DNA of 38,295 nucleotides from Candidatus Melainabacteria bacterium (GCA_023250175.1 JAHFBD010000001.1:1-38295), one strand, 5' to 3'. Positions 1 through 9,204 are shown, counted from the first letter of the stretch. Notes: generated from the sequence alone by a model not told the origin. Numbers and translations: made by a program.

Positions 1-713
1 TCTGCTTTAATTCCAGATTTACTTAATTCTGTTTTTATTTTAGAAATAATTTCTTTTATCTTTTTTTCACCGTATTCTTTATCACCAATTACAAGACTTT
101 CTACTTCTTTAAATTTTTCAGGGTCTAAATAACAAAACGATAAGTCTTCTAATTCATTTTTAGCTTTGTTTAAACCAAATCTATTAGCTAATGGAGCAAA
201 TATATCTAATGTTTCCTGAGCAATTCGTTTCTGTTTTTCAACAGTTAAAAAATTTAAAGTCCGCATATTATGCAATCTGTCTGCAATTTTCACTAAAACA
301 ACTCTTAAATCAACAGCAATAGCCATAAGCATTTTGCGGAAGTTTTCAGCCTGGTGTTCTTTTGTAGAGATAAAACTAAGTTTGCCAAGCTTAGTTACCC
401 CTTCTACAAGCTGGCTTACTACTTGTCCAAACTCTGCTTCCAGCTGCATTATATTTACACTTGTATCTTCGATTACATCATGTAAGAGCCCAGCACAAAT
501 TGTATCTGTGTCACAATTTAAATCAATTAATATTTCTGCTACTGCTATAGGATGGACAACATAAGGCTCATTACTAACTCTTTTTTGTCCAATATGAAGT
601 TTACAAGCAAAATCAATAGCTTTTTTAACCTTTGCATAGTCAGTATCAGGCCTGCTTAAACTAGCAAATTTATCTAGGAATTTATTAACTAAGGTTGATT
701 CAATACTTTCCAA
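1..713 (-). CDS. (p)ppGpp synthetase/hydrolase, RelA/SpoT family, N-terminal HD-hydrolase part only (3' end runs off the window)
   Basis: Absent from the ORF track because it is open at the window edge. My minus-strand translation from TTG at 711-713 reads LESIESTLVNKF..KLHIGQKRVSNEPYVVHPIAVAEIL..GLLHDVIEDT..KIADRLHNMRTL, the RelA/SpoT HD-domain signature. An in-frame stop lies just upstream at 735-737. Confidence 0.85.
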   Translation of the reverse strand, partial: MESIESTLVNKFLDKFASLSRPDTDYAKVKKAIDFACKLHIGQKRVSNEPYVVHPIAVAEILIDLNCDTDTICAGLLHDVIEDTSVNIMQLEAEFGQVVSQLVEGVTKLGKLSFISTKEHQAENFRKMLMAIAVDLRVVLVKIADRLHNMRTLNFLTVEKQKRIAQETLDIFAPLANRFGLNKAKNELEDLSFCYLDPEKFKEVESLVIGDKEYGEKKIKEIISKIKTELSKSGIKA

Positions 714-855
714 GGTTATTAGTTCTTTTAGTAACTATTTATAAATTTCATCATTGAAACTCTTATTAGGAATTATAGACAGGCTAATAGGTTTTTAGTC
801 ACTTTTTCAATATTTGTTAATAAAGGGGTTACAAAGCAAGAAGGTTTTAGTATTT

Positions 856-2598
856 TTATGTCAACATCTGAATAATAGAGCCATTTTCATCTTTGGAGAC
901 TTGTATGTGAGCTGGGAAAGATTCTTTTAACTCATCTATATGAGTAACTACTAAAATTAACTCAAATTCATCCTGGATAGATTTAATTACTTCTATTAGC
1001 CTTTCTCTTCCGGCATTATCTTGAGAACCAAATCCTTCATCAATAACCAATGTTTTAAGTTTTGCATTTGCTCGATTTGTAAGGAGTCTGGATAATGCTA
1101 ATCGTAATGCAAAATTAATTTTAAAAGCCTCACCGCCACTATAAAGCTCATAGTTTCTTGTTCCTGAAGAATCTGCAATTACTACATCAAGAGTTTCAAT
1201 TAATCCTGAGGCGGCTTTTCTTTCACGCTGTGTTTTTAATGCAATGTGCATTTGATTATCTGTGAGCTTGTTTAAGATCCTGTTTGCTTCTTTTTCAATC
1301 TCTGGAACTATAGTTTCTATAATTGCAACCTGAATACCGTTTTTACTGAATGCTTTTTCAAGCACATCATAATATTTTTTATCAATTACAAAATCTCGAA
1401 TTTTATCCTCTTTATTTTTAACTAAGAGTTTTGCATCTTCAATATCATGTAGATTTTTCTCAGCAAAGATCAAGCTTCGCTTAAGATTATTTAAAGTGTT
1501 ATCGATGCTTCCAAGCTCTTCTTTTAAAGCAATTGCCTTTTTTTGTATTAAATCAATATCTATAATCTCTTTTTTATTTTCATTAATTAAGATATCTAAC
1601 TCAGATAGCTCATGAATACTTGTCTTTATTTTTTCAAACAAAGTGCCAGATTCAATATTTAAATTCACGATATCAGATTCAGCTTGAATTAAAAGATTGT
1701 AAGTTAAAGTGATTTCTTCTTTTTCTTTAATACTCTTTCTTAAATTATCATAAGTCTTCGAATTATAATCTATGATACTTAACTCTTTTGAAATTAAATT
1801 TAATTCATTGCTGATTCCTTTTATATGCTCCCCATTGATTAAAAGCATATTTAGTGAGTTGATTTCCAGATTAAATTTATTTATCTCATTATCTATTACA
1901 GCGACTGTCTCCTTTGCCTTTTGAAATTCATTTCTTGAGACTTCTAATTGAGACTCAAAGAATGACAAGGTTTTTGCACCATCACCCTTTTCTAAAAATC
2001 GTATGCCTAGCTTTTCTTGTTTAATATCCTCAAGCTCTTCAAGATACTTAAACAAATTGTCACAAAAACCATTTATTTCCTCTTTGATTTTATTGTACTC
2101 TTGTCGTTTATTGATAAGCCCAGCTTCTTTCAAGTTTAATGTTTCTATCAATAATTCTTCTTCTTTACTGAGAGATCTATTCTCAGATTCATAAGATTCT
2201 ATGACTTTGCTTTTATCTTGTATGGGACTTTGACATAATGGGCATGGCTCAGAGTGACTATGAGAATTTAGCGTATCAATTTTTTGATTTATATCTTTTA
2301 TCTTACCTCTTACTTGTTTTAAACTAACCTCTGCAAGCTCTTTTGCATGCTTTATTTCTTGCCCTTCAATTTCAATTTTTAATAGTAAATCTTTTAAAAT
2401 ATAAAACCTTTTTATTTCATCTTGCACCCTAGGTAAAAATTGATCAAAAAATCGATTTTCATTTTCTAATTTTTTCCCAAGATCTGCTTTAAGCTGAGCC
2501 CGATCATTAATTTTTGATTTATAAATAGCAAGTTGTTGTTCTATTTCATTTATCTTTTCTTTAATTTTTATTTCCAGCAAATTTTTCTTACCTGACAA
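856..2598 (-). CDS. sbcC: SbcC/Rad50-like SMC-type ATPase, C-terminal part (coiled coil, CxxC zinc hook, ABC signature, Walker B)
   Basis: Long coiled-coil sequence, a CPLCQ hook motif, YSGGEAF signature-like motif, LVIDEGFGSQD Walker B and VVTH D-loop/H-loop. Same reading frame as 2620..3555. Confidence 0.75.
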   Translation of the reverse strand: MSGKKNLLEIKIKEKINEIEQQLAIYKSKINDRAQLKADLGKKLENENRFFDQFLPRVQDEIKRFYILKDLLLKIEIEGQEIKHAKELAEVSLKQVRGKIKDINQKIDTLNSHSHSEPCPLCQSPIQDKSKVIESYESENRSLSKEEELLIETLNLKEAGLINKRQEYNKIKEEINGFCDNLFKYLEELEDIKQEKLGIRFLEKGDGAKTLSFFESQLEVSRNEFQKAKETVAVIDNEINKFNLEINSLNMLLINGEHIKGISNELNLISKELSIIDYNSKTYDNLRKSIKEKEEITLTYNLLIQAESDIVNLNIESGTLFEKIKTSIHELSELDILINENKKEIIDIDLIQKKAIALKEELGSIDNTLNNLKRSLIFAEKNLHDIEDAKLLVKNKEDKIRDFVIDKKYYDVLEKAFSKNGIQVAIIETIVPEIEKEANRILNKLTDNQMHIALKTQRERKAASGLIETLDVVIADSSGTRNYELYSGGEAFKINFALRLALSRLLTNRANAKLKTLVIDEGFGSQDNAGRERLIEVIKSIQDEFELILVVTHIDELKESFPAHIQVSKDENGSIIQMLT

Positions 2599-2619
2599 AA
2601 CTTCGCTTTTTTCTTTTTT

Positions 2620-3555
2620 CTATTCAACAAAACTAAGCTCTTTTTTCAAATCTTGATACTTGCTGTATTCATCTTTAATTTGATTCTTTCTTACAATTAA
2701 CTGTTGGCATTTTTCTTCCCTGGCTTTTATATTTTTAAGTTGTTCTTCAAGCATCTTAATAAGTGCATCTTGGGTCTCTTTGGATTTTATTAATGCATTG
2801 ATTTGTTTCTCTTTCTCTTTTTTTTCACTTAATTCTTTTTCTTTTATGCTTAGTTCACTCGTTAAAGCATTTGCCTTTAACTCTTCTTCATGCAAATCAT
2901 TCTGTACCTTAGATAAGGTTAACTTTGTTTCTTCTTCAGTTACTATTTTTTCCTGCAGTGTTGAGATTAGATTTTTTTCAATAGAGACAGACTGGTCAAT
3001 GAATTTTGTTTTTTCCTTTGCTGCTTCGCAGAGCTTATCATAGACTTCAAGTCCTATAATATCAGCAAGAATTTGCTTTCTATCAGTAGGTTTTTTTAAA
3101 GTGAATTCGTCTGCTTTTCCTTGTCGTAAATAAACACTATTTACAAAAGTCTCATAATCCATTTTCAGCGTATTGATTATTAGATCTTGAGTCTGTCGTG
3201 TAGCACTTTTGCTAAGAGACATCCATATTTGCTCTTTAGGATTAAAAACCTGGAATTCAAGATTTGATTTACCTTGAGAATTTTTAAAAGCCTTTGTCCG
3301 TGAGCGATACACTTTATACAAATTATCTTCCATGTAAAAATCTAACTCACAAGACATTTCTTCCTGACCAAGTTTTATTAACTCATCAGTTCTAGCTCTT
3401 CCTTCTTCCCAAATAGCCCATGTCACTGCATCTAGCAATGTAGATTTTCCGGCACCATTTGGTCCGCTTAAACATGCAACATGAATACCTGAAAAGTCAA
3501 TTTCAGCATTTGCATAAGACATAAAATTTTTTAAGATTAGTTTTTTGAAAATCAT
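2620..3555 (-). CDS. sbcC: SbcC/Rad50-like SMC-type ATPase, N-terminal part (Walker A head plus start of coiled coil)
   Basis: N-terminal FKKLILKNFMSY..SGPNGAGKSTLLDA (Walker A) and YLRQG (Q-loop region), then coiled coil. Ends at TAG 2620-2622, in frame with the downstream ORF. Confidence 0.75.
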   Translation of the reverse strand: MIFKKLILKNFMSYANAEIDFSGIHVACLSGPNGAGKSTLLDAVTWAIWEEGRARTDELIKLGQEEMSCELDFYMEDNLYKVYRSRTKAFKNSQGKSNLEFQVFNPKEQIWMSLSKSATRQTQDLIINTLKMDYETFVNSVYLRQGKADEFTLKKPTDRKQILADIIGLEVYDKLCEAAKEKTKFIDQSVSIEKNLISTLQEKIVTEEETKLTLSKVQNDLHEEELKANALTSELSIKEKELSEKKEKEKQINALIKSKETQDALIKMLEEQLKNIKAREEKCQQLIVRKNQIKDEYSKYQDLKKELSFVE

Positions 3556-3810
3556 TTTTTTTTATCTAATTCTATCTCCTCAGTGAGTTTAATAATCAAC
3601 AATTTTTAACGATGGCTTTTACCATGTGAACTATAATCCTTATTTAAAAGCTGTTTAAAAAGAAATACAGATCCTACATTAAGGTTGATCGTTATTATTT
3701 TATAAGATTAGAAAATTTGAATGAATTTCTTTTTCCTTTAAATCCTGATTTACAATTTTTCTAACATGGTAATATATGTAAATTAAACTTTCTAAGCGGA
3801 GGGATATAAA

Positions 3811-4284
3811 ATGTTAGGAAAGATAACTAATGATGCAATAGAAAGAAGACGTGCGATTTTACTTACAGCTGCAGTAGGTCTTGGTATGCCAGCACTAGTA
3901 GTAGGTGCAAATGTTGGAATGAGTTTAAGAACAGGGCAGATCGCTGATTATAAGTTTCCAGCCGGAATTGAAAAATATATTGATGATAAAGATGGTCAGA
4001 CTTTAAGTGAAAAAGCTGCTTATAATTATGTAAGAAATACATTTGATGAAAATAAGGATGGTAAGCTTTCTTACACAGAATATTTAGATGCAAGACTCTT
4101 AATCATCAAGGCTTTACCAATAGATGATTCACCAATAGATGATTTCCCCATGCTCATACCTGTACCTTACAATATACGCAACACACAAAGAAATATTTTT
4201 GAAGCACTAGACAAAATTCGAAAGGAAGATGAACCTAAGACGGAGAATCTTCCGCCATTTTACATAGACTCTCGGAATTCCTGA
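3811..4284 (+). CDS. hypothetical exported protein with one canonical EF-hand Ca-binding loop
   Basis: GGAGGG Shine-Dalgarno at 3799-3804. N-terminal ERRRAILLTAAVGLG resembles a twin-arginine signal. DENKDGKLSYTE (nt 4045-4080) fits the 12-residue EF-hand loop. Confidence 0.5.
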   Translation: MLGKITNDAIERRRAILLTAAVGLGMPALVVGANVGMSLRTGQIADYKFPAGIEKYIDDKDGQTLSEKAAYNYVRNTFDENKDGKLSYTEYLDARLLIIKALPIDDSPIDDFPMLIPVPYNIRNTQRNIFEALDKIRKEDEPKTENLPPFYIDSRNS

Positions 4285-4400
4285 CCAAGCTTTATTAACA
4301 CAAAGTCGTAGACAACAAAACAATAAGACTAGCACAGGTAAACTCAAAGCATCTCAATAAAGTTGCCTAACTATTGTATATATTTAGAGTAACTTTACAG

Positions 4401-4409
4401 TGTTATAAT
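4401..4409 (+). promoter_or_regulatory. candidate extended -10 promoter element TGTTATAAT
   Basis: TGnTATAAT match about 40 nt upstream of the ATG at 4449, which has a GGAGGTGG SD. The same 9-mer occurs upstream of atpE. Confidence 0.3.
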
Positions 4410-4448
4410 TTTGAATAAGTTTTACAAAACATCAAATCTGGAGGTGGT

Positions 4449-4925
4449 ATGCGAATTCCATTTTTATCAAGGTCAAAAGAAGTAACGGTTGAACCTTTAA
4501 TAAAGAAGCACAAGGAAGAAGATTATTTAGCTACTGCAAATGATAGAAAATCACTTTTGTCGTATATGGAAAGAGACTTTCATCCGAACAGATTTAAAAC
4601 AGTTTCAGAAGTTGTACAAGCTTTACCCCCTGGCATTCAAGTAATGGCTACTGAGTATCACAATAATATGAGTGCTATTCCATGGCAAGGAGTTACCATT
4701 GGTAAAATTATTGGTATTAGAGAAGATCAATACAATGGAATAGTCATAGGTATTAAATCTATTCTTGGAAATATTGTTGACTTGAAGATAGATCCTAAAG
4801 CATATGGAATTAATACACTGTATGTAACACAACCAGCTGAAGGTACACTATCCTTAAATCATATTGAGGGTTCTCCTGAGCGTGGCAAGATTTTAGATGT
4901 TAAACCTAGGATAACTCACTTCTAA
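4449..4925 (+). CDS. hypothetical protein
   Basis: ORF with a strong SD (GGAGGTGG, 4440-4447). No motif recognised. Confidence 0.5.
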   Translation: MRIPFLSRSKEVTVEPLIKKHKEEDYLATANDRKSLLSYMERDFHPNRFKTVSEVVQALPPGIQVMATEYHNNMSAIPWQGVTIGKIIGIREDQYNGIVIGIKSILGNIVDLKIDPKAYGINTLYVTQPAEGTLSLNHIEGSPERGKILDVKPRITHF

Positions 4926-4937
4926 ATACTTAATTAT

Positions 4938-6314
4938 TTATTGACAAGAACAATCACCAGGTCTGGCTGAATAACAACTGAACCCATGTGCAGAACTACC
5001 ACATGGACCATTAACTACCCCATTTGAATTTTCGCAAATACCATTAACGATTCTACAAGTTACTGGTGTTGTTGGTTGTACCGTTGTACCTGCTGATGGT
5101 GGTTGTACCGTTGTGCTCGGTGGTGGATTACAAACTCCTAAAAGAGGAGTACAAGTCTCTCCACGTGAAGTATCACAACAACGAGAGTTCGCAGGATTCA
5201 AATAATTACGACAACCAGTGTAACCAGGTAGGCAACATACACCATTGTTATTGCTATACGAAAGTCCATTATAAGGAGGTACATCTATGCAACAAATGCC
5301 ATCAGTTGTACATTGTCCAGTAGGACAGCAAGTATTACTACATTTAGGTCTAGCAGGGTCTGTACAACAAGTGCCAACACCATTATCATTTACACTGCAC
5401 TGTGCTGAAGCACAACAAGTGTTACCACACCTAGGATAGGCAGTTGAACAACAAACCCCTTGACTTAGTGGAGCGTTAAGATCTCTTGCACACTGTGCTG
5501 AATCACAACAACCAGCACCACATCTAGGATTTACAGGATCTTTGCAACAAGTGCTAGTAGCTGGATTTGCACATTGACCCGTAGGACAACAAGTGTTACC
5601 ACATTGAGTAGGTTCAGTCCCTGAACAACAAACATCACTGATACAAGCACTTCCATTACAAGCAGTAACATCATAACCAACTAGACATTGTTTACAAGTA
5701 CGAGTAATAGGATCACAAACTTTTCCATTAGAATTATTGTTGCAATCTGTACTATTACTACATTGCACACAAATAAATCTTTGATCACAAATTGGTGTAT
5801 TACCTGAACAATGGGAATTAGAAGTGCATTGTACACAAATCTGGATATTGGTATTGCATATTGGTGTTGGGGCACTACAACAAATATTGCCACATGGTTG
5901 TCCATTAGGACATTGAGGGGTGGTGGTCGTTGCTACTTGTTCACGTAATGTTACTTCTGAGCCAGTACTTTCTGTATTCCCGGCTTTATCTTTATTTTCT
6001 TCACTTTCAGACTCATCATCTTCTACTATATTTTCATCACAACTGTCTTTGCATTCAACAGGATAAGTGTTTCCTTCTTTATCCTTACACTTTAAACTAT
6101 CATCATCTTTTTTCTTACAACATTTTGGCTCCCCATCTTTACAGTGGGGTTTAAACTTTTCACAACAAGGGACTTTCCCTTCATCACAAATAACCTTGTG
6201 GTTTTGGCAAGTTTGTGAAAAAGCTATGTCTGTATTAAGCTGAAAAAAAAGAATGACCAAAATAATTAGAGTAGAAAGACCAAAAAAAACTTTAAATGAC
6301 TTTATTCTTTTCAT
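4938..6314 (-). CDS. secreted or anchored, extremely cysteine-rich repeat protein
   Basis: N-terminal hydrophobic signal/anchor (FFGLSTLIILVILFF), then an acidic linker. About 16% Cys, with four copies of a CC..(R/K)CG(N/A)(T/G)CC...QC module plus C..QC....C modules. Confidence 0.7.
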   Translation of the reverse strand: MKRIKSFKVFFGLSTLIILVILFFQLNTDIAFSQTCQNHKVICDEGKVPCCEKFKPHCKDGEPKCCKKKDDDSLKCKDKEGNTYPVECKDSCDENIVEDDESESEENKDKAGNTESTGSEVTLREQVATTTTPQCPNGQPCGNICCSAPTPICNTNIQICVQCTSNSHCSGNTPICDQRFICVQCSNSTDCNNNSNGKVCDPITRTCKQCLVGYDVTACNGSACISDVCCSGTEPTQCGNTCCPTGQCANPATSTCCKDPVNPRCGAGCCDSAQCARDLNAPLSQGVCCSTAYPRCGNTCCASAQCSVNDNGVGTCCTDPARPKCSNTCCPTGQCTTDGICCIDVPPYNGLSYSNNNGVCCLPGYTGCRNYLNPANSRCCDTSRGETCTPLLGVCNPPPSTTVQPPSAGTTVQPTTPVTCRIVNGICENSNGVVNGPCGSSAHGFSCYSARPGDCSCQ

Positions 6315-6622
6315 ATATATTCCTTAGTTTTAAGAGGGATTTTTACCTCTGCACTTTATACAGTAAAATATAATTATGTTAAGGTTATTATAACTTACCC
6401 AATGCAAATTAAACTAAGATTAAACAACCTGCAAAAACCATAACAACACTAACTGTTTTACAGAAAGATTAAATAAATTTAAGCAGTCACAGGTTTTCTA
6501 GTATATTTATAGAGCATCTATGAAAAAGTTTAATCATCGCTAATCTCGTATAGTCTTGATCTGACGCTTCACTTAAATTAGACTATTAGCAACTTTAATA
6601 TAAATCTTAGGAGAAATAAACA

Positions 6623-6991
6623 ATGGGTGCGATTAGAACAATTACATGGTTAGCTCAAAGTATACTTTCACCACTTCATGAGAGTATTAGACACAATGAT
6701 CGCTGGAAAATTCGAAATCAGGCTGACAAAATTGAAGATGTTTTACAAAAACATGGACTAGATAAAGTAAGAGTCATGGCTGATTATGACCATGAAAGAG
6801 CAATGCTAATGTTACACCTAGAAGGTGAATTTCAAAAATCTCAACAACCTCAGTTTGACAAGGCTTTGGAAGCACTAAGAGAGTTTCGAGATTCAGATAA
6901 CTATACTCTTTACTCACCTTGTTGTAGATCCACACAAAACTCAGATATTATAAAAGTAGGTGAAGCACCTAATGCTAAGGAATGGTTATAG
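6623..6991 (+). CDS. hypothetical protein
   Basis: ORF preceded by AGGAGAA SD. No motif recognised. Confidence 0.45.
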   Translation: MGAIRTITWLAQSILSPLHESIRHNDRWKIRNQADKIEDVLQKHGLDKVRVMADYDHERAMLMLHLEGEFQKSQQPQFDKALEALREFRDSDNYTLYSPCCRSTQNSDIIKVGEAPNAKEWL

Positions 6992-7186
6992 GTTATTATT
7001 TGAAAACTAAATCGTTGATACTAACCAGCGTTATCTCATTAAAGCAATCTGTCATACTAACCTCATAAAGTAATTCCATTTTTTAAGTCATTGCAAGAAA
7101 TTAAATGACTGACGTGTTACGAAATTAATCAAATCAAGCATGATATAAAGTCTGCACAGCAAATCCTAAATACCAACTTCTATCAA

Positions 7187-7195
7187 TGTTATAAT
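7187..7195 (+). promoter_or_regulatory. candidate extended -10 promoter (TGTTATAAT) for the atp operon
   Basis: TGnTATAAT lies 74 nt upstream of the atpE ATG, inside a 277-nt non-coding region. Confidence 0.3.
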
Positions 7196-7268
7196 CCATA
7201 ACGTAAAAATTATAAATTAACAAGACACGAGTCATGGGACACGAGTCAAGTAAATTAGGGGGTATTAA

Positions 7269-7550
7269 ATGGATCCAGTTTTAATTGCCCAAGCAGGGGA
7301 AGCAGTATCAAACAGTTCAGATTTAACTAAAATGGGATTGGCTATTGGTGCTGGTTTAGCTGTGACCGGAGTGGGCGGCCCAGCAATTGGGGTAGGTCTT
7401 GCAGCTAGTAAATCTCTTGAAGGTATGGCACGTCAGCCAGAAGCAACTGGCAGATTACTTGCAAATACACTTATTTTTGCAGCTTTAAGTGAAGCTCTTG
7501 GTTTATTTGCTTTCTTAATTGCAATTTTATTGTTCTTACAATTACAATAA
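7269..7550 (+). CDS. atpE: F0F1 ATP synthase subunit c
   Basis: Two-helix proteolipid: GLAIGAGLAVTGVGGPAIGVG..MARQPEA..FAALSEALGLFAFLIAILL, with the conserved carboxylate in helix 2. GGGGG SD. Confidence 0.9.
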   Translation: MDPVLIAQAGEAVSNSSDLTKMGLAIGAGLAVTGVGGPAIGVGLAASKSLEGMARQPEATGRLLANTLIFAALSEALGLFAFLIAILLFLQLQ

Positions 7551-7557
7551 ACTAATA

Positions 7558-7579
7558 TCCCGAGGCTAATACCTCGGGA
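7558..7579 (+). terminator. 8-bp GC-rich stem-loop between atpE and the b-prime gene (partial terminator or mRNA-stability hairpin)
   Basis: TCCCGAGG-ctaata-CCTCGGGA is a perfect inverted repeat. No U-tract follows, so it is more likely an intra-operon attenuating or stabilising hairpin than a full terminator. Confidence 0.4.
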
Positions 7580-7601
7580 TTAAATCCACAAAGTATTAAT
7601 T

Positions 7602-8051
7602 ATGTTACTTGAATTAAACTTTACACTTATATTGTTTGGAGCTAGTTTTCTGGTTTTTATTTATCTTTTAAATCTGACTTTATTTAAGCCTGTTGGAAAG
7701 ATTATACAAAAGAGAAAAGAGCTCATAGAAGGCGATTATTTAGAAGCTAAAGATTTCACCGAAGAAGCAACTGGTTTGTTAGAAAGTTATACCAAACAAG
7801 TTAAGCTTGCTCGCCAGGAAGCACAGAACATAATTCAGGAAGCTATAAATCAAGCACAAAAGAGTAAACAAGAAAAAATAAATATTCTTTTAGTAAGTTT
7901 AAATAAAGAAAAAGAAGAAGCATTAAAGCAAATTAAAAAAGAACAAGAAATTGCATTAAAACAATTAGAAGGTCAGATTAATCTACTCACAGACTTAATT
8001 ACAAACAAAATTTTAGGAACAGGGGGGAAAACACTTGTTGGATCACATTAA
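7602..8051 (+). CDS. atpF2: F0F1 ATP synthase subunit b-prime (second b-type stator subunit)
   Basis: One N-terminal TM helix followed by a long charged coiled coil. Sits between the c and b genes. Confidence 0.75.
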   Translation: MLLELNFTLILFGASFLVFIYLLNLTLFKPVGKIIQKRKELIEGDYLEAKDFTEEATGLLESYTKQVKLARQEAQNIIQEAINQAQKSKQEKINILLVSLNKEKEEALKQIKKEQEIALKQLEGQINLLTDLITNKILGTGGKTLVGSH

Positions 8052-8640
8052 ATTAAAATTTGTTTATTTTTTATTTTCTGTCATTTTCCTTCAACTGCCT
8101 GCTATTAGTTCTGAGCATGCTCATGCGCCACAAGCACATCATGAGATTGGACCGTGGCAAATACTTGTTCAATCTAATTTGTTACATGTATTGATTCTTG
8201 CGGTTGCAATAATTTATCTTGGAAATAAATTCTTACCGCAAATGGTAGACCAAAGAAAAAAACAAATAAGCAAAGAGTTTGAAGACGTTAAGCTTGCAAA
8301 GACTAAAGCATATAAAGAGCTTGAGGATATAAAGAAAAAAACCCAAAATGCTAATCAGGAAGTCGAGGAGATTAAACAAGAAGCCAGAAAAACTGCTGAG
8401 GCTATTGTAGTACAAATGGGTCATGATACAGAAAAAGAATTAGAGCAACTAAGGTTAAAGATTAAAAGAGAAATTAATACAAGCTGGGACGAGACTGTTC
8501 AGGAGATAAAAACAACAACAGCTGATACTGCTTTCAAATTAGCTGAAGAAGCTTTGAATAGACTATCTAAAGATAATGAAACTCAAAAAAAATTATCATC
8601 CGACTTTTTAGTTGAGTTAGAAAAAGTAGGTAAGCATTAA
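8035..8640 (+). CDS. atpF: F0F1 ATP synthase subunit b
   Basis: TTG start after a GGGGGG SD. N-terminal hydrophobic segments, then a Lys/Glu-rich coiled coil. Located directly upstream of delta. Confidence 0.8.
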   Translation: MLDHIKLKFVYFLFSVIFLQLPAISSEHAHAPQAHHEIGPWQILVQSNLLHVLILAVAIIYLGNKFLPQMVDQRKKQISKEFEDVKLAKTKAYKELEDIKKKTQNANQEVEEIKQEARKTAEAIVVQMGHDTEKELEQLRLKIKREINTSWDETVQEIKTTTADTAFKLAEEALNRLSKDNETQKKLSSDFLVELEKVGKH

Positions 8641-8642
8641 TT

Positions 8643-9188
8643 ATGCAACGATCCAACCAACTAGCAAAAAACTACGCACAAGCATTATTAGAAATTACAA
8701 ATAATGATGTAAAAGAACAAGAATTAATTCTAAGTGAACTGTTCGTTATTAATGATTCTATGTCTAAGGTAAGCAAAGCTAATGAAGTTTTTAATAGCCC
8801 GGCATTTTCAAAAGAAACAAAAAAAGAGCTTCTAAAAAAATTGTTTGACGGGAAAATACATCAAAAGGTTTTAAATCTTCTATATGTACTTGTAGATAAT
8901 CAAAGGTTTAATGTTTTAAGTAATATTCAGGAGCAGTTTCAACGATTAGTAAACATGAAAAAAGGTACTGTACAAGCTGAAATAATTTCAGCACATCCAT
9001 TAGATACAGGTACTCTTGAAGCCTTAAAACAAAAACTAGAACGTATATTAAATAGTGAAAACATTACACTTGAAACAAAAACTGAGCCAGCACTTATTGG
9101 TGGTATAAAAATAAAAGTAAATGATCTTGTTTATGATGGAAGTATAAAAGGTAGATTAGATGGATTAAAGAGGACACTTAAAAACTAG
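8643..9188 (+). CDS. atpH: F0F1 ATP synthase subunit delta (OSCP)
   Basis: Size, position and C-terminal LIGGIKIKVNDLVYDGSIKGRL motif are typical of delta/OSCP. Confidence 0.85.
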   Translation: MQRSNQLAKNYAQALLEITNNDVKEQELILSELFVINDSMSKVSKANEVFNSPAFSKETKKELLKKLFDGKIHQKVLNLLYVLVDNQRFNVLSNIQEQFQRLVNMKKGTVQAEIISAHPLDTGTLEALKQKLERILNSENITLETKTEPALIGGIKIKVNDLVYDGSIKGRLDGLKRTLKN

Positions 9189-9204
9189 TATTTAGGAGGA
9201 GAAA

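Noticed and set aside
334-564. 76-aa plus-strand ORF in the track
   Set aside because: It lies antisense within the clearly recognisable RelA/SpoT HD-domain coding region (minus strand), so it is a shadow ORF.
2620-2622. TAG reassignment or readthrough as an explanation for the split sbcC
   Set aside because: TAG terminates other well-defined genes in the window (atpH at 9186-9188; 26442-26444; 37771-37773), so a genome-wide recoding is not supported.
2003-3043. Plus-strand ORFs 2003..2194 and 2780..3043
   Set aside because: They lie antisense to the SbcC-like coiled-coil region. Ser/Phe-rich low-complexity translations are typical of the reverse frame of Lys/Glu-rich genes.
5066-6154. ORFs 5066..5323, 5681..5905 and 5930..6154 overlapping the Cys-rich gene
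   Set aside because: They are alternative-frame or antisense ORFs inside 4938..6314 with no start context. The Cys-repeat frame with a signal peptide is far more coherent.
6340-6355. Third copy of the X/Y element upstream of the Cys-rich gene
   Set aside because: Only a T-rich 9-mer and a 7-mer match, with a 16-nt gap, so it could easily be chance. It is mentioned under the X finding but not annotated.
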